Origin: Escherichia coli
GTDB lineage: Bacteria > Pseudomonadota > Gammaproteobacteria > Enterobacterales > Enterobacteriaceae
Direction: 5' to 3' (one strand)
Length of the DNA: 64,000 nt
NCBI RefSeq assembly: GCF_030013595.1
Contig: NZ_CP122768.1
The notes under the pieces are model-generated. The model did no database searches. It was not told the DNA's origin and worked only from the letters and a program-made list of their open reading frames with translations. The translations under genes and the position numbers were made by a program. Below, piece by piece: positions 12,263 to 22,750 of this stretch; position 1 is the stretch's first letter; each line of letters opens with the position of its first letter.

Positions 12263-12781
12263 AGCACATCCTGATAATCCAACCGTACAACACTTATGCT
12301 CATTTCATCATCAATCCGTAATCAAAACCGCTGACCTGGACGAGTTACGATGACCTGACAGAAGTATCAGACGTCTTCTGCGGTTTCTATGATAGAGCAA
12401 TTCTGTGGCGGATATTAAGATAACGGGTATCTGTTCTTTAATGATGCCGCAAAAAATGGAAAGTTAAGAAAGCCTGGCGTGGTGAAAAAATACACTTGCC
12501 TCAATACTGGATATTTAAACAGGTCTGAAGATGCTGTCACGATTAGGGTGCGGAAAAAGGAAGCGTAAATAAGAACAATCAAAAGTACGGCGGCAATGGG
12601 TTGATTGACAAGGGTATTTTTTAAGCTATGAATCAGCGCCATTTATCACAGAATAGACTTTTACTCTGAATAAATGGGAGGGTGACTTGCCTCAATATAA
12701 TCCAGACTATAACATGCCTTATAGTCTTCGGAACATCATCGCGCGCTGGCGATGATTAATAGCTAATTGAGTAAGGCCAGG

Positions 12782-13477
12782 ATGTCAAACACGCCAATCG
12801 AGCTTAAAGGCAGTAGCTTCACTTTATCTGTGGTTCATCTGCATGAGGCAGAACCTAAGGTTATCCATCAGGCGCTGGAAGACAAAATCGCTCAGGCCCC
12901 CGCATTTTTAAAACATGCCCCCGTTGTACTCAACGTCAGTGCACTGGAAGCCCCGGTAAACTGGTCAGCGATGCATAAGGCGGTTTCGGCAACCGGTTTG
13001 CGGGTTATTGGCGTAAGTGGCTGCAAAGATGCGCAACTTAAAGCCGAAATTGAAAAGATGGGGCTGCCTATCCTGACGGAAGGAAAGGAAAAAGCGCCGC
13101 GTCCAGCTCCCGCACCGCAGGCTCCAGCGCAAAATACAACGCCGGTCACAAAAACGCGTTTAATAGATACCCCGGTGCGTTCCGGTCAGCGTATTTATGC
13201 TCCACAATGTGATCTGATTGTTACAAGCCACGTTAGCGCTGGGGCCGAATTGATTGCCGATGGTAACATTCATGTCTATGGCATGATGCGCGGTCGTGCG
13301 CTGGCAGGGGCAAGTGGTGACCGGGAAACGCAAATATTTTGCACGAACCTGATGGCGGAACTGGTGTCCATCGCAGGTGAATACTGGCTGAGTGATCAAA
13401 TCCCAGCAGAATTTTATGGCAAAGCGGCGCGACTGCAGTTAGTCGAAAACGCTTTGACCGTTCAACCGTTAAATTGA
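12782..13477 (+). CDS. minC: Septum site-determining protein MinC
   Basis: ORF trimmed to ATG 12782: [56 protein letters not shown]..., 231 aa. Confidence 0.93.
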   Translation: MSNTPIELKGSSFTLSVVHLHEAEPKVIHQALEDKIAQAPAFLKHAPVVLNVSALEAPVNWSAMHKAVSATGLRVIGVSGCKDAQLKAEIEKMGLPILTEGKEKAPRPAPAPQAPAQNTTPVTKTRLIDTPVRSGQRIYAPQCDLIVTSHVSAGAELIADGNIHVYGMMRGRALAGASGDRETQIFCTNLMAELVSIAGEYWLSDQIPAEFYGKAARLQLVENALTVQPLN

Positions 13478-13500
13478 TCCCTTTTTAACAAGGAATTTCT

Positions 13501-14313
13501 ATGGCACGCATTATTGTTGTTACTTCGGGCAAAGGGGGTGTTGGTAAGACAACCTCCAGCGCGGCCATCGCCACTGGTTTGGCCCAGAAGGGAAAGAAAA
13601 CTGTCGTGATAGATTTTGATATCGGCCTGCGTAATCTCGACCTGATTATGGGTTGTGAACGTCGGGTCGTTTACGATTTCGTCAACGTCATTCAGGGCGA
13701 TGCAACGCTAAATCAGGCGTTAATTAAAGATAAGCGTACTGAAAATCTCTATATTCTTCCGGCATCGCAAACTCGCGATAAAGATGCCCTCACCCGTGAA
13801 GGGGTCGCCAAAGTTCTTGATGATCTGAAAGCGATGGACTTTGAATTTATTGTTTGCGACTCCCCGGCAGGGATTGAGACCGGTGCGCTAATGGCACTCT
13901 ATTTTGCAGACGAAGCCATTATTACCACCAACCCGGAAGTCTCCTCAGTACGCGACTCTGACCGTATTTTAGGCATTCTGGCGTCGAAATCACGCCGCGC
14001 AGAAAATGGCGAAGAGCCTATTAAAGAGCACCTGCTGTTAACGCGCTATAACCCAGGCCGCGTAAGCAGAGGTGACATGCTGAGCATGGAAGATGTGCTG
14101 GAGATCCTGCGCATCAAACTCGTCGGCGTGATCCCAGAGGATCAATCAGTATTGCGCGCCTCTAACCAGGGTGAACCGGTCATTCTCGACATTAACGCCG
14201 ATGCGGGTAAAGCCTACGCAGATACCGTAGAACGTCTGTTGGGAGAAGAACGTCCTTTCCGCTTCATTGAAGAAGAGAAGAAAGGCTTCCTCAAACGCTT
14301 GTTCGGAGGATAA
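13501..14313 (+). CDS. minD: Septum site-determining ATPase MinD
   Basis: MARIIVVTSGKGGVGKTTSSAAIATGLAQKGKKTVVIDFDIGLRNLDL..., deviant Walker A, 270 aa. Confidence 0.95.
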   Translation: MARIIVVTSGKGGVGKTTSSAAIATGLAQKGKKTVVIDFDIGLRNLDLIMGCERRVVYDFVNVIQGDATLNQALIKDKRTENLYILPASQTRDKDALTREGVAKVLDDLKAMDFEFIVCDSPAGIETGALMALYFADEAIITTNPEVSSVRDSDRILGILASKSRRAENGEEPIKEHLLLTRYNPGRVSRGDMLSMEDVLEILRIKLVGVIPEDQSVLRASNQGEPVILDINADAGKAYADTVERLLGEERPFRFIEEEKKGFLKRLFGG

Positions 14314-14316
14314 GTT

Positions 14317-14583
14317 ATGGCATTACTCGATTTCTTTCTCTCGCGGAAGAAAAACACGGCCAACATTGCAAAAGAACGGCTGCAGATTATTGTTGCTGAA
14401 CGCCGTCGCAGCGATGCAGAACCGCATTATCTGCCGCAGTTGCGTAAAGATATTCTTGAGGTCATTTGTAAATACGTACAAATTGATCCTGAGATGGTAA
14501 CCGTACAGCTTGAGCAAAAAGATGGCGATATTTCTATTCTTGAGCTGAACGTGACCTTGCCGGAAGCAGAAGAGCTGAAATAG
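14317..14583 (+). CDS. minE: Cell division topological specificity factor MinE
   Basis: [61 protein letters not shown]..., 88 aa. Confidence 0.95.
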
Positions 14584-14610
14584 GCCCGCTGTAAAAGCGC
14601 ATTTCTCTTC

Positions 14611-14641
14611 AAGGCAGAGTCATCTCTGCCTTGCGTTTTTC
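14611..14641 (+). terminator. minCDE operon intrinsic terminator
   Basis: AAGGCAGAGtcatcTCTGCCTTgcgttttt directly after minE stop. Confidence 0.65.
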
Positions 14642-14908
14642 ATCCCCCTCATCCACGTTTGATAAGAGCGGCGAGTATTCTTGCTGATGCTACTCATTGC
14701 TTCCCCCCTTTACACCTTAATGCCGTTCCCCCCACACAGAACAAATTGTTTATACTTGGCTGAGTAAATAACCTTATTGTTAGTATGGGTATACTGGGTG
14801 ATGATAACCCCGCAATTTCATTATTCATTGTTCTCCCATAGGATGAGGTTTCCCGCCGTAACTGGCGGGCTTTTTTTGCCGCAGAATTTTTACTTTTAAC
14901 ACCCTGTA

Positions 14909-14932
14909 AACGAAAACTGCGCCGAAGCGCAG
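14909..14932 (-). terminator. Intrinsic terminator of autotransporter gene
   Basis: Minus strand reads CTGCGCttcgGCGCAGttttcgttt just downstream of stop at 14948. Confidence 0.55.
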
Positions 14933-14947
14933 TTTAATCGTTGATGG

Positions 14948-17900
14948 TCAGAACGACCAGTTCGCACCAGCCACCGCGTTCCACGGGGATTCCACACCGG
15001 CACCATGGCTATACCCCACCCCGAGATGCCCGCTTAACGAACTGCTGAATGAGGCTTTAATACCTGCCTGATATATTCCACGTCTGCCCGACAAATCATT
15101 GACAAAATTACCGTCATTATTCACTTTCACCCGGTTATCATCGACAAATTCTTTGCGCACAGCCGCCTTCAGCCACGGCTCAACTTCCATGCCGTTCCCC
15201 AGACGCATGTTGTAACTCAGCGTTGCGCCCAGTTCACGATATATACTGCGAGTATCGACTGATTTCGATTCCATACCATTGGATAAATGATATTCGGGGT
15301 TATCAGCGGTGAACCCCGTTAACGATGCATACGGCGTCAGGTTCCAGTTACCATCGGTAAATCGCATCCCGGTTTCAATGTGACCGCCCAGCCCGTTGCT
15401 GCGATAACTGCCGTTGGCGGCTCCACCGCTGCTCATTTTACCGGCTACGTTACTTTCAAAGCGGTTCAGCTTCACGATACCGTCCAGATAGAAACCACTT
15501 TCATGTTCCCAGCTGGCATAGCCCCCCAGAGAATAACTGCCCACACTGCCATGTCCTCCACGATCAAAACCGATATGTGAATGGGAATAACCCATAAAAG
15601 CGCCCAGCGTCGCAATCCCCTCAGGAATATCATTACGGCTGTCGATCCCCACTGTCATTCCGGTCAGCGTCTGCTCAAACCCAGCCCCCGCATCGGTGGT
15701 GACATTATTACGGGTGTTATACGTCGCCCCCCAGACATTATTGTTGTGTGGACTCGCTTTCATTATGTTCAACCGCTCGCGAATACTGTTTAGCTCAGCA
15801 TCAAAGACCAACGGTAATGTTGCTGCCATATTGAGTACGGCAGCCGTAGAAGGCGTGATGCGTTTCTCCGGAACGGGTGTCGGCGTTGGCTCGGGAGTCG
15901 GGTCTGGATTTGGATTTGGATTTGGATTTGGGTTCGGATTTGGATTTGGATTTGGATTTGGATTTGGATTTGGGTTTGGATTTGGATTTGGATTTGGATT
16001 TGGGTTCGGATTTGGGTTCGGATTTGGGTTCGGATTTGGGTTCGGGTTCGGGTTCGGATTTGGATTTGGGTTGACATTATTAGTCAGGTTCCAGTTGCTG
16101 TTGCCGTCGCTTTTCAGGACATACTCATAGGTCCCAAGATCAACGAAACCGCCGGTATTGCCCAGCGAAAACGACGCATCCCCTCCCCCTGTTTTCACCA
16201 GCGTCATCGCATCGTCAGACTGAGGGCTGACGCCGGTATCCTGAACAAAGATTTTAAAATTACCAGTGGCATTGTTGTTGACGACCAGTTGATCGCCCCG
16301 GGAGCCTGCAACGTTGGTATGCAGGTAGAAATTACCGCTGCCGGAAAGTTCACTGGTGGTCAGCGTATTGTAGATATCGTTAGTTGTGGCAGGCGCTGAT
16401 AAATAAACATCACCGTCGTTGAGTAGCAAACTGTTTACTCTATATTCGCAGTTGCTGGTGCCTGCACAGGAATTATTGCTGTTAAGCCAGACACTGCCCC
16501 GGCTGGCAGCCGTCAGGTCGGCAAGCGTCGTATCGACACCATTTCCCAGAGTTAATGTCGCGCTATCGGTAATCCGGACCGCCCCTTCAAGTTTTACTGG
16601 CGTAACATTATCCCGTGGCGTCATTAACGACAGGCTTCCTGTCGCGCCACTGACCGATGCATTCGCCAGCGTACCTGCGTAGACGATTGCCGTCCCACCA
16701 GAGACCTGTAGATCTTCTGCCCGGGCCAGAGCCTGAAACTCATCTTTTGACCGCCCAAGGGTATATTGCCCACCAGAGTTAACCTTTGTGGCGGAGTCCT
16801 GACCCAGGTTTTGCATTGCACCACCCTTGTCAACCGTGGAGTCACGGGCTTCGGTACCTGCTAATACCAATAAATTACCGCCATTTTCCAGCAACATATT
16901 GGTCGCTAAATTGCTGGCAATGGAAAAGGTGCCGTACTGGTGCGTACCGCTGATTTCAATACCGTTAGCCGTGCTCGTCTGGAGAGCGGCACCGCTGTTC
17001 TGGACGATATCTGTCGCTTTGCCATTATCGTTGACTGTCAGCGTTCCGCCTTCATTGATCGTTGTTTTTATTGCCTCTCCGTTAGCTGAAACTGTTTGTA
17101 TTCCGCCGTCGTTAATTGTTGTCTCATTTGCCACACCCTCGACGATTTGTTCACCGCCAGTGAGCGTCGTGCCTGTCGCAGTGGCTTTTGTTTTGACGAT
17201 CTCCCGACCGCCCGCATTGACCTGTGTTTTGGCGGAAGTGGTGTCTGACTCCACGGTTAACACGCCGCCATTTGTCAGCAGGATATTGTTCGCCGCACCC
17301 TGCTCGATGCTGAACGCGACGCCATCAGCGCGTGTCCCTGTGACCCGCGTCGCCCTGGTGGTTGCAACCAACGCGCCCTGACTACTCTGCTGTATCCCCG
17401 TTGCGCTGCCTTTCTCCCGCACATCGAGTATGCCGCCATTGTTAAGTCTGGTGGTATATGCTACAGCCTCCTCGTGGACAATCAGCTTACCGCCAGCATC
17501 AACGATGGTATCTACCGCCGAGGTTTGAGCTACGACCGTCAGTTGGCCGGTATTTTCCAGCACAACATGCTCAGCCCTGCCTCCGGTAATAGTGAAGTGA
17601 GATGACCTCTGGTATCCATCAATATCAGTCCCCGCGCCCGTGTTGGCAACTAAAGCACTCCCCGTGTCCAGGTAAACCCCATGTGCGATACCGCCGGTAT
17701 CGACAATCAGCGTGCCTCCGGCACGAATATTGCTGCCAGTTGCCGTACCTCCTTTCTCAACAACCTGCTTGCTCCCGGAAGAGATATTTGTTGTGTCAGC
17801 TTTCCCGCCGCTCTTGATATTTTGCGTGCCACTGTTGATATTAGTTCCCGTAGCAATACCATGATTATAAATATTCTGTGTACCACCATTAATGATGGTA

Positions 17901-18367
17901 TTTGTCGCGTTTCCGGCAACATCCATAAGCCCGCCATTATCTATTCGGGTCGCATCAGCTTTAGCATTCGTTAAAACTGACATTGTTCCTTTATCGTTAA
18001 TTATCGTTCCTGTAGAAATCCCTCCCTCACTAATTGTCTGGCTGCCACCGTTAATGACTGTATTATTAGCCTGCCCCTGATAAGAGCCATGTCCAGACAC
18101 CTCTTGATGTCCACCAGTATCAATAAGACTTCCATTAGACACCCCGCCATATACCTCCTGCTTGCCGTGATTGATGATATGAGCATTATTTGTTGTACCT
18201 CGTTCATCTACTCTTTGGCTGCCGTCTACAGTCTCATCATTTACAACACCAATAACATTAGAAGTGAAAGCCGTCATCCCGGGAGGGGCATATATCATGG
18301 CAGCTATCAATAAGGAAAGTACTGAGCGGTGAAAATAATAGCGACTGGTTCTGTTCATAAATTTCAT
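14948..18367 (-). CDS. AIDA-I-like (type Va) autotransporter adhesin, apparently intact; sits where K-12 is recalled to carry an autotransporter pseudogene
   Basis: ORF 14948..18487; likely start MKFMNRTSRYYFHRSVLSLLIAAMIYAPPGMTA (extended signal peptide); repetitive passenger, (PN)n linker, C-terminal beta-barrel ending ...AGANWSF. Confidence 0.82.
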   Translation of the reverse strand: MKFMNRTSRYYFHRSVLSLLIAAMIYAPPGMTAFTSNVIGVVNDETVDGSQRVDERGTTNNAHIINHGKQEVYGGVSNGSLIDTGGHQEVSGHGSYQGQANNTVINGGSQTISEGGISTGTIINDKGTMSVLTNAKADATRIDNGGLMDVAGNATNTIINGGTQNIYNHGIATGTNINSGTQNIKSGGKADTTNISSGSKQVVEKGGTATGSNIRAGGTLIVDTGGIAHGVYLDTGSALVANTGAGTDIDGYQRSSHFTITGGRAEHVVLENTGQLTVVAQTSAVDTIVDAGGKLIVHEEAVAYTTRLNNGGILDVREKGSATGIQQSSQGALVATTRATRVTGTRADGVAFSIEQGAANNILLTNGGVLTVESDTTSAKTQVNAGGREIVKTKATATGTTLTGGEQIVEGVANETTINDGGIQTVSANGEAIKTTINEGGTLTVNDNGKATDIVQNSGAALQTSTANGIEISGTHQYGTFSIASNLATNMLLENGGNLLVLAGTEARDSTVDKGGAMQNLGQDSATKVNSGGQYTLGRSKDEFQALARAEDLQVSGGTAIVYAGTLANASVSGATGSLSLMTPRDNVTPVKLEGAVRITDSATLTLGNGVDTTLADLTAASRGSVWLNSNNSCAGTSNCEYRVNSLLLNDGDVYLSAPATTNDIYNTLTTSELSGSGNFYLHTNVAGSRGDQLVVNNNATGNFKIFVQDTGVSPQSDDAMTLVKTGGGDASFSLGNTGGFVDLGTYEYVLKSDGNSNWNLTNNVNPNPNPNPNPNPNPNPNPNPNPNPNPNPNPNPNPNPNPNPNPNPNPNPNPNPNPNPDPTPEPTPTPVPEKRITPSTAAVLNMAATLPLVFDAELNSIRERLNIMKASPHNNNVWGATYNTRNNVTTDAGAGFEQTLTGMTVGIDSRNDIPEGIATLGAFMGYSHSHIGFDRGGHGSVGSYSLGGYASWEHESGFYLDGIVKLNRFESNVAGKMSSGGAANGSYRSNGLGGHIETGMRFTDGNWNLTPYASLTGFTADNPEYHLSNGMESKSVDTRSIYRELGATLSYNMRLGNGMEVEPWLKAAVRKEFVDDNRVKVNNDGNFVNDLSGRRGIYQAGIKASFSSSLSGHLGVGYSHGAGVESPWNAVAGANWSF
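15905..16070. repeat. Tandem hexanucleotide repeat (TGGATT/TGGGTT, about 27 units) encoding in-frame (Pro-Asn)n linker
   Basis: Direct reading: ggatttggatttggatttgg... across about 166 bp; minus-strand translation NPNPNPNP...PDPTPEPTPTP. Confidence 0.9.
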
Positions 18368-18963
18368 CCTCTGAAAAATGAATACTGAGTAGCGTCTAAG
18401 TGACCTAAGCTCTGCTGCAACATCAGCCCGCAGGCACCAGACCAGGGGATTCATCCTGAAGAGACAGCGCAGGTGTATTGTGTTCACCGCTCATCAAAGA
18501 CATCATGATGAAATGATGATATCCCGCATAAGAAAGAGGCACTTTTTAAACGCAGTGCGCTGAAGTGTAGTTGGATAAAAAATCACTCTTTTCTGATAAT
18601 ACTGTCGTACGCTTATTTTTCGACAATGAGGCCGTCGGCAAAATAAAATGACTAATGTAATCGTTGCTGATGAATATCTTCTGCTCACATAAAAATCACA
18701 CAATAATATTGATAAATCAGATTATCTTACCTTTACAACATTGTATTAACAGTCAATGACACTTCTTGAATAAAAATATTGTCAATCAATGAGTTATTTC
18801 TCATTTGAGATTATTCTCATTCCCGTAAAAAACATAATTCCTATCATCACAGTCACGCTCATTTTGAATTATCTGAATAATAGCGAGCGTTCTTTAGTTA
18901 AGCAGATCTTAATTGAAGACGAAATTATTGTGTGTGCAACTTACTTAATACCGGACATCTAAG

Positions 18964-19308
18964 TTGAAGAAAAAAATACTTGCCTTCGGGCTTATCTCAG
19001 CATTGTTCTGCTCCACGCCAGCGATGGCGGATATGAACCGCACCACGAAAGGTGCATTGCTAGGCGCAGGCGTTGGTTTACTTACTGGCAATGGTGTTAA
19101 TGGCATACTGAAAGGTGCAGCTGTTGGCGCTGGTGTTGGTGCAGTAACAGAAAAAGGCCGCGACGGTAAAAATGCGCGTAAAGGTGCAAAAGTGGGTGCC
19201 GCCGTTGGTGCTGTCACTGGCGTTCTGACCGGCAATGGCCTCGAAGGGGCGATTAAAGGTGCCGTGATTGGCGGTACGGGTGGTGCAATTCTGGGTAAAA
19301 TGAAATAA
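18964..19308 (+). CDS. ymgG: Glycine-rich protein YmgG (UPF0757)
   Basis: 114-aa ORF (TTG start) [44 protein letters not shown]... Confidence 0.8.
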   Translation: MKKKILAFGLISALFCSTPAMADMNRTTKGALLGAGVGLLTGNGVNGILKGAAVGAGVGAVTEKGRDGKNARKGAKVGAAVGAVTGVLTGNGLEGAIKGAVIGGTGGAILGKMK

Positions 19309-19317
19309 GGAATGATG

Positions 19318-19647
19318 ATGAAAAAATTTGCTTTACTGGCAGGTCTGTTTGTTTTCGCACCAATGACCTGGGCGCAGGACTACAATATTAAAAACGGTTT
19401 GCCGTCAGAAACCTATATTACTTGCGCAGAAGCCAACGAAATGGCAAAAACTGACAGCGCACAGGTTGCAGAAATTGTTGCGGTAATGGGTAATGCCAGC
19501 GTTGCCAGCCGTGATTTAAAAATTGAGCAATCTCCGGAACTAAGCGCCAAAGTGGTAGAAAAACTGAATCAGGTTTGCGCTAAAGACCCGCAAATGCTGT
19601 TGATCACGGCAATTGATGACACTATGCGTGCTATCGGCAAAAAATAA
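19318..19647 (+). CDS. ymgD: Periplasmic protein YmgD
   Basis: MKKFALLAGLFVFAPMTWAQDYNIKNGLPSETYITCAEANEMAK..., 109 aa with signal peptide. Confidence 0.85.
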   Translation: MKKFALLAGLFVFAPMTWAQDYNIKNGLPSETYITCAEANEMAKTDSAQVAEIVAVMGNASVASRDLKIEQSPELSAKVVEKLNQVCAKDPQMLLITAIDDTMRAIGKK

Positions 19648-19702
19648 TATTTAATATGTTACCGCGTCGATGAATTCGACGCGGTATTTTAGCTAACGGG
19701 GA

Positions 19703-22351
19703 TCAGAACTTATATTTCAGGCCCACCATCATTGCGGTGTCATTGTAGCCATTATCACCCAGCTGCACGCCCACATTACCCCAGACGCTGGCCGCCGGAT
19801 TCAGATTGCCATTTACGCCAAGTTTAATTTCCCCCAGATTACGCGCCCCGTCTTGTTCAACTTTCACACCGTTCATTGAGACAGCAAAATCTTTACTGTT
19901 ATGGATCCAGTTCATTTCAACAAAAGGTTCAAAGTCGTCACCGTGCGGACCGCTGTTTTTCTCCTGAGTACGAATAAAGGTGCGGAAGCCGAGTCGGGTC
20001 TGGATGTTGTTATTTGCGTCATTCTCAATACGTGAGCCATTGGCTTCCGTGTGCGCATTATGATCGACGCCCATCCAGATAGCCTGTGCCTGTGGCTGGA
20101 AGATCCACGTATATTTCGCCGCTTCCAGACCAAAGGATTTATTCAGGGCAAAACCGTAACCCGCTTCCAGCGAGACGGTTGCACCTTTCGCGCTATAGGA
20201 TTCATAGGCTAACTCATCCCCTTTCACCGAGTTTTTAAACCAGCTATATTGCGCCCAGGCGTCAATGTATGCGCCTTTTTTACTGATGTCATCGGCAAAC
20301 CCGGTGGCATACAGCCCTGCGCTATAGCCTCTGACACTCCCTTTCGAACGATAATCCGACACGCTGGAATGAGTTGAGTTGTAGTCGCGGGCATAACCAG
20401 CCAACACTCCCAAACGCCAACTGTCACTGTCGGTAAAACCACCGGTTAACAGATCCGCCCCTAACTGCGAGACGTAGCGATGCGAGGTCGTTCTCAACTG
20501 TCCGTTGCTGTCACGCCAGGCATTATGCCCGCCAATTTGTCGTAGCCAAAGTCGGTTTGAACGCTCCTGTTCAGTTACAGGATCGATGTAGCGCGTTTCA
20601 CCTACACGATCGTTCAGACGCATAACAAAAAGAGTGTTAGCGGCTGCCAGGTTGGCGACGTAACTTCCAGCTTCGGGGCGCAGAACGGGAGTAGGCGCAA
20701 CAGTAGGCGCTGAACTTCCTCCGGAGTTTGTTTCACCGCCGCTCGTTGCCTGGAAGTTAGTTAGATACCAGTTTTTATTGGTCGCTTCGGTATTACCTCG
20801 GGTTAATGAATATTCGTAGGCACCGGCGAAAATCCTCGAATCCTTAATAAATTCCCCATTTGATTCCCCCTCAACGCTGATAATCTCTATCCCATTTAAC
20901 GTGTAAGCCCCGCTGCCTCCTGCATTGGTAACTTTAACTCGGGTTGTTCCGGAGGTATTTCCATTAATAACGACTTTATCCGTAGCTGAATTATCATCAC
21001 CCAATTCAGTTCTGAGATGCAATACGCCATTATTACCAACGTAATTTTCAGTTATTGTTAACCTTGTTGGTTCGAAATCCTTTCCATCTGCCCGGGAAAT
21101 ATAGACCGTACTATTGTCAACCGTGAGCTTGCTCACCGTTGAGTCAGCTTTAATATCCCAGGTACTATTATCTGAAAGCGACAGATAGGTATGAGTGCTA
21201 TCATCTGTTGAAAGATTGGCTGAACCCGTTATTTTTGAATTAGATGCATCGATGGACAAATGACCTTTAATATTATTGATAAAAACATCTGCAGCCGATG
21301 ATACCTCACTATCCGTAATGGTCACGTTACTCGTCTCATTTTTATTGTAGAGGATTTCATTTACTGACCGTAGTGAGCTACCAGATAAAATATCTACCGT
21401 TGCTTCCTGACCATTTATGGAAGACTCCAGCACAATTCCAGCCCCCTGATGCGCGACTGCAGATGTATTTTTCAGCGTCACCTTGCCGCCATTATAAATT
21501 TTAGCAATCGCGGCGTCAGGACCCGTTGTATGAATTTCTCCCTGGTTAAATGAAACTGTCCCCTGGCGAGCAGCGATGGCATGAGCATTGTCCCCATGCG
21601 TGGTAATATCAACATCGGTTAATGTAACGCTGGCATTGGTATAATCAAGCTTGTCATCAGCCTTGACGACAGTGCCATTAGCGTACGCGGCATAACTTTC
21701 TGTTCCGTGGGTTGTTATCTCCCCTTTTGCCATATCCAGTTTTGCTATGGCGTTATTTTCATTACTTCCTGTATCGGCAGTACTTTCTTCATCAAGAGAA
21801 GATACACACGCACGCGCGCTTCCGGGAGATGCACACGCAAGAACGCCGACTGCGTGATTACCCGCAGTAACAATAAAAGTATTATTTCCGTCAGAAAAAG
21901 AGGGGGTAACCGAACCGTCAGAGTTGACTCTTATTATGGTATCAGTATTCAGGTTTCCATCAACTTGACTTAACAAACCAACAGAATAATCTCCCGTCGT
22001 GACAATCGTATTATTACCCCGCAAAGTGACAGCACCGCCATATTCACTTACGACTGCGCTAGCTGTATATACTTTGCTTAGAGGACTATTGTCAGAAGGA
22101 TATAAACCGCCCGTTGTTACAATGACGCCATTGTTAATGGTTAAATTGCTACCCTCTCCTGCAACAGATACACCGTAACTTCCATTACCCGTTGTTATAA
22201 CTAGCGCATTATCAATATCTTTTACTTCTCTATCTTTTATTGCCACAGCATGTTTATGTTCCTCGTGCTGAATAAACTGATCAGCATATGCATTACCCAC
22301 CGCCAAAGCAATAAGTCCTAAACTAAACCCGGGGAGTTTTTTCAGTTTCAT
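19703..22351 (-). CDS. Autotransporter adhesin, apparently intact; sits at the ymgF/ymgD position where K-12 is recalled to carry the ycgH pseudogene
   Basis: 882-aa ORF, ATG 22351, signal peptide MKLKKLPGFSLGLIALAVGNAYA, C-terminal beta-barrel ending ...MMVGLKYKF. Confidence 0.82.
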   Translation of the reverse strand: MKLKKLPGFSLGLIALAVGNAYADQFIQHEEHKHAVAIKDREVKDIDNALVITTGNGSYGVSVAGEGSNLTINNGVIVTTGGLYPSDNSPLSKVYTASAVVSEYGGAVTLRGNNTIVTTGDYSVGLLSQVDGNLNTDTIIRVNSDGSVTPSFSDGNNTFIVTAGNHAVGVLACASPGSARACVSSLDEESTADTGSNENNAIAKLDMAKGEITTHGTESYAAYANGTVVKADDKLDYTNASVTLTDVDITTHGDNAHAIAARQGTVSFNQGEIHTTGPDAAIAKIYNGGKVTLKNTSAVAHQGAGIVLESSINGQEATVDILSGSSLRSVNEILYNKNETSNVTITDSEVSSAADVFINNIKGHLSIDASNSKITGSANLSTDDSTHTYLSLSDNSTWDIKADSTVSKLTVDNSTVYISRADGKDFEPTRLTITENYVGNNGVLHLRTELGDDNSATDKVVINGNTSGTTRVKVTNAGGSGAYTLNGIEIISVEGESNGEFIKDSRIFAGAYEYSLTRGNTEATNKNWYLTNFQATSGGETNSGGSSAPTVAPTPVLRPEAGSYVANLAAANTLFVMRLNDRVGETRYIDPVTEQERSNRLWLRQIGGHNAWRDSNGQLRTTSHRYVSQLGADLLTGGFTDSDSWRLGVLAGYARDYNSTHSSVSDYRSKGSVRGYSAGLYATGFADDISKKGAYIDAWAQYSWFKNSVKGDELAYESYSAKGATVSLEAGYGFALNKSFGLEAAKYTWIFQPQAQAIWMGVDHNAHTEANGSRIENDANNNIQTRLGFRTFIRTQEKNSGPHGDDFEPFVEMNWIHNSKDFAVSMNGVKVEQDGARNLGEIKLGVNGNLNPAASVWGNVGVQLGDNGYNDTAMMVGLKYKF

Positions 22352-22750
22352 AGATTAACCATCCATTCATTGGATTAACAAACATTCCTGGTCAAATAAC
22401 CTATGCGTTCAGATTATCAAAACGTAGGGTAAAGACAAAAACAAAAGCACAAAAAATTTAAATAGATAAACAGCGACAATATATAAATGATAAATAAGTC
22501 GGCATTATCATTTTTCACCTTATTTTCATGACATTGATCACTTTGAGGTGACGATTTTGTTTAACAAATAACTCTTCGACATCACAATCATTGATAGTTG
22601 CCATAGAAATTATTTCGATGATATATAAAACCAACTATGATAACACCAGGGTTGACAACTATTTGCGCAATAATTCCTTTCCTTCAATGATCCAGGCGTT
22701 CACTGTCAGCACCCCATTCAGCCGCATACTGACAGTGAGAAACTGAAAGA

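Noticed and set aside
12415-12642. 75-aa minus-strand ORF in the ycgJ-minC intergenic region
   Set aside because: It sits in the AT-rich minC promoter region with no convincing RBS and low-complexity hydrophobic sequence; a real small membrane protein cannot be excluded, but support is too weak.
15877-16077. Regular short repeats that could be mistaken for a CRISPR array
   Set aside because: The unit is 6 bp with no spacers, it lies inside a long ORF and translates as (PN)n, so it is a coding microsatellite and not a CRISPR array.
16827-17381. 184-aa plus-strand ORF and other ORFs within 15380-18313
   Set aside because: All lie antisense to or out of frame within the 1179-aa autotransporter gene; their low-complexity composition reflects the repetitive passenger domain.
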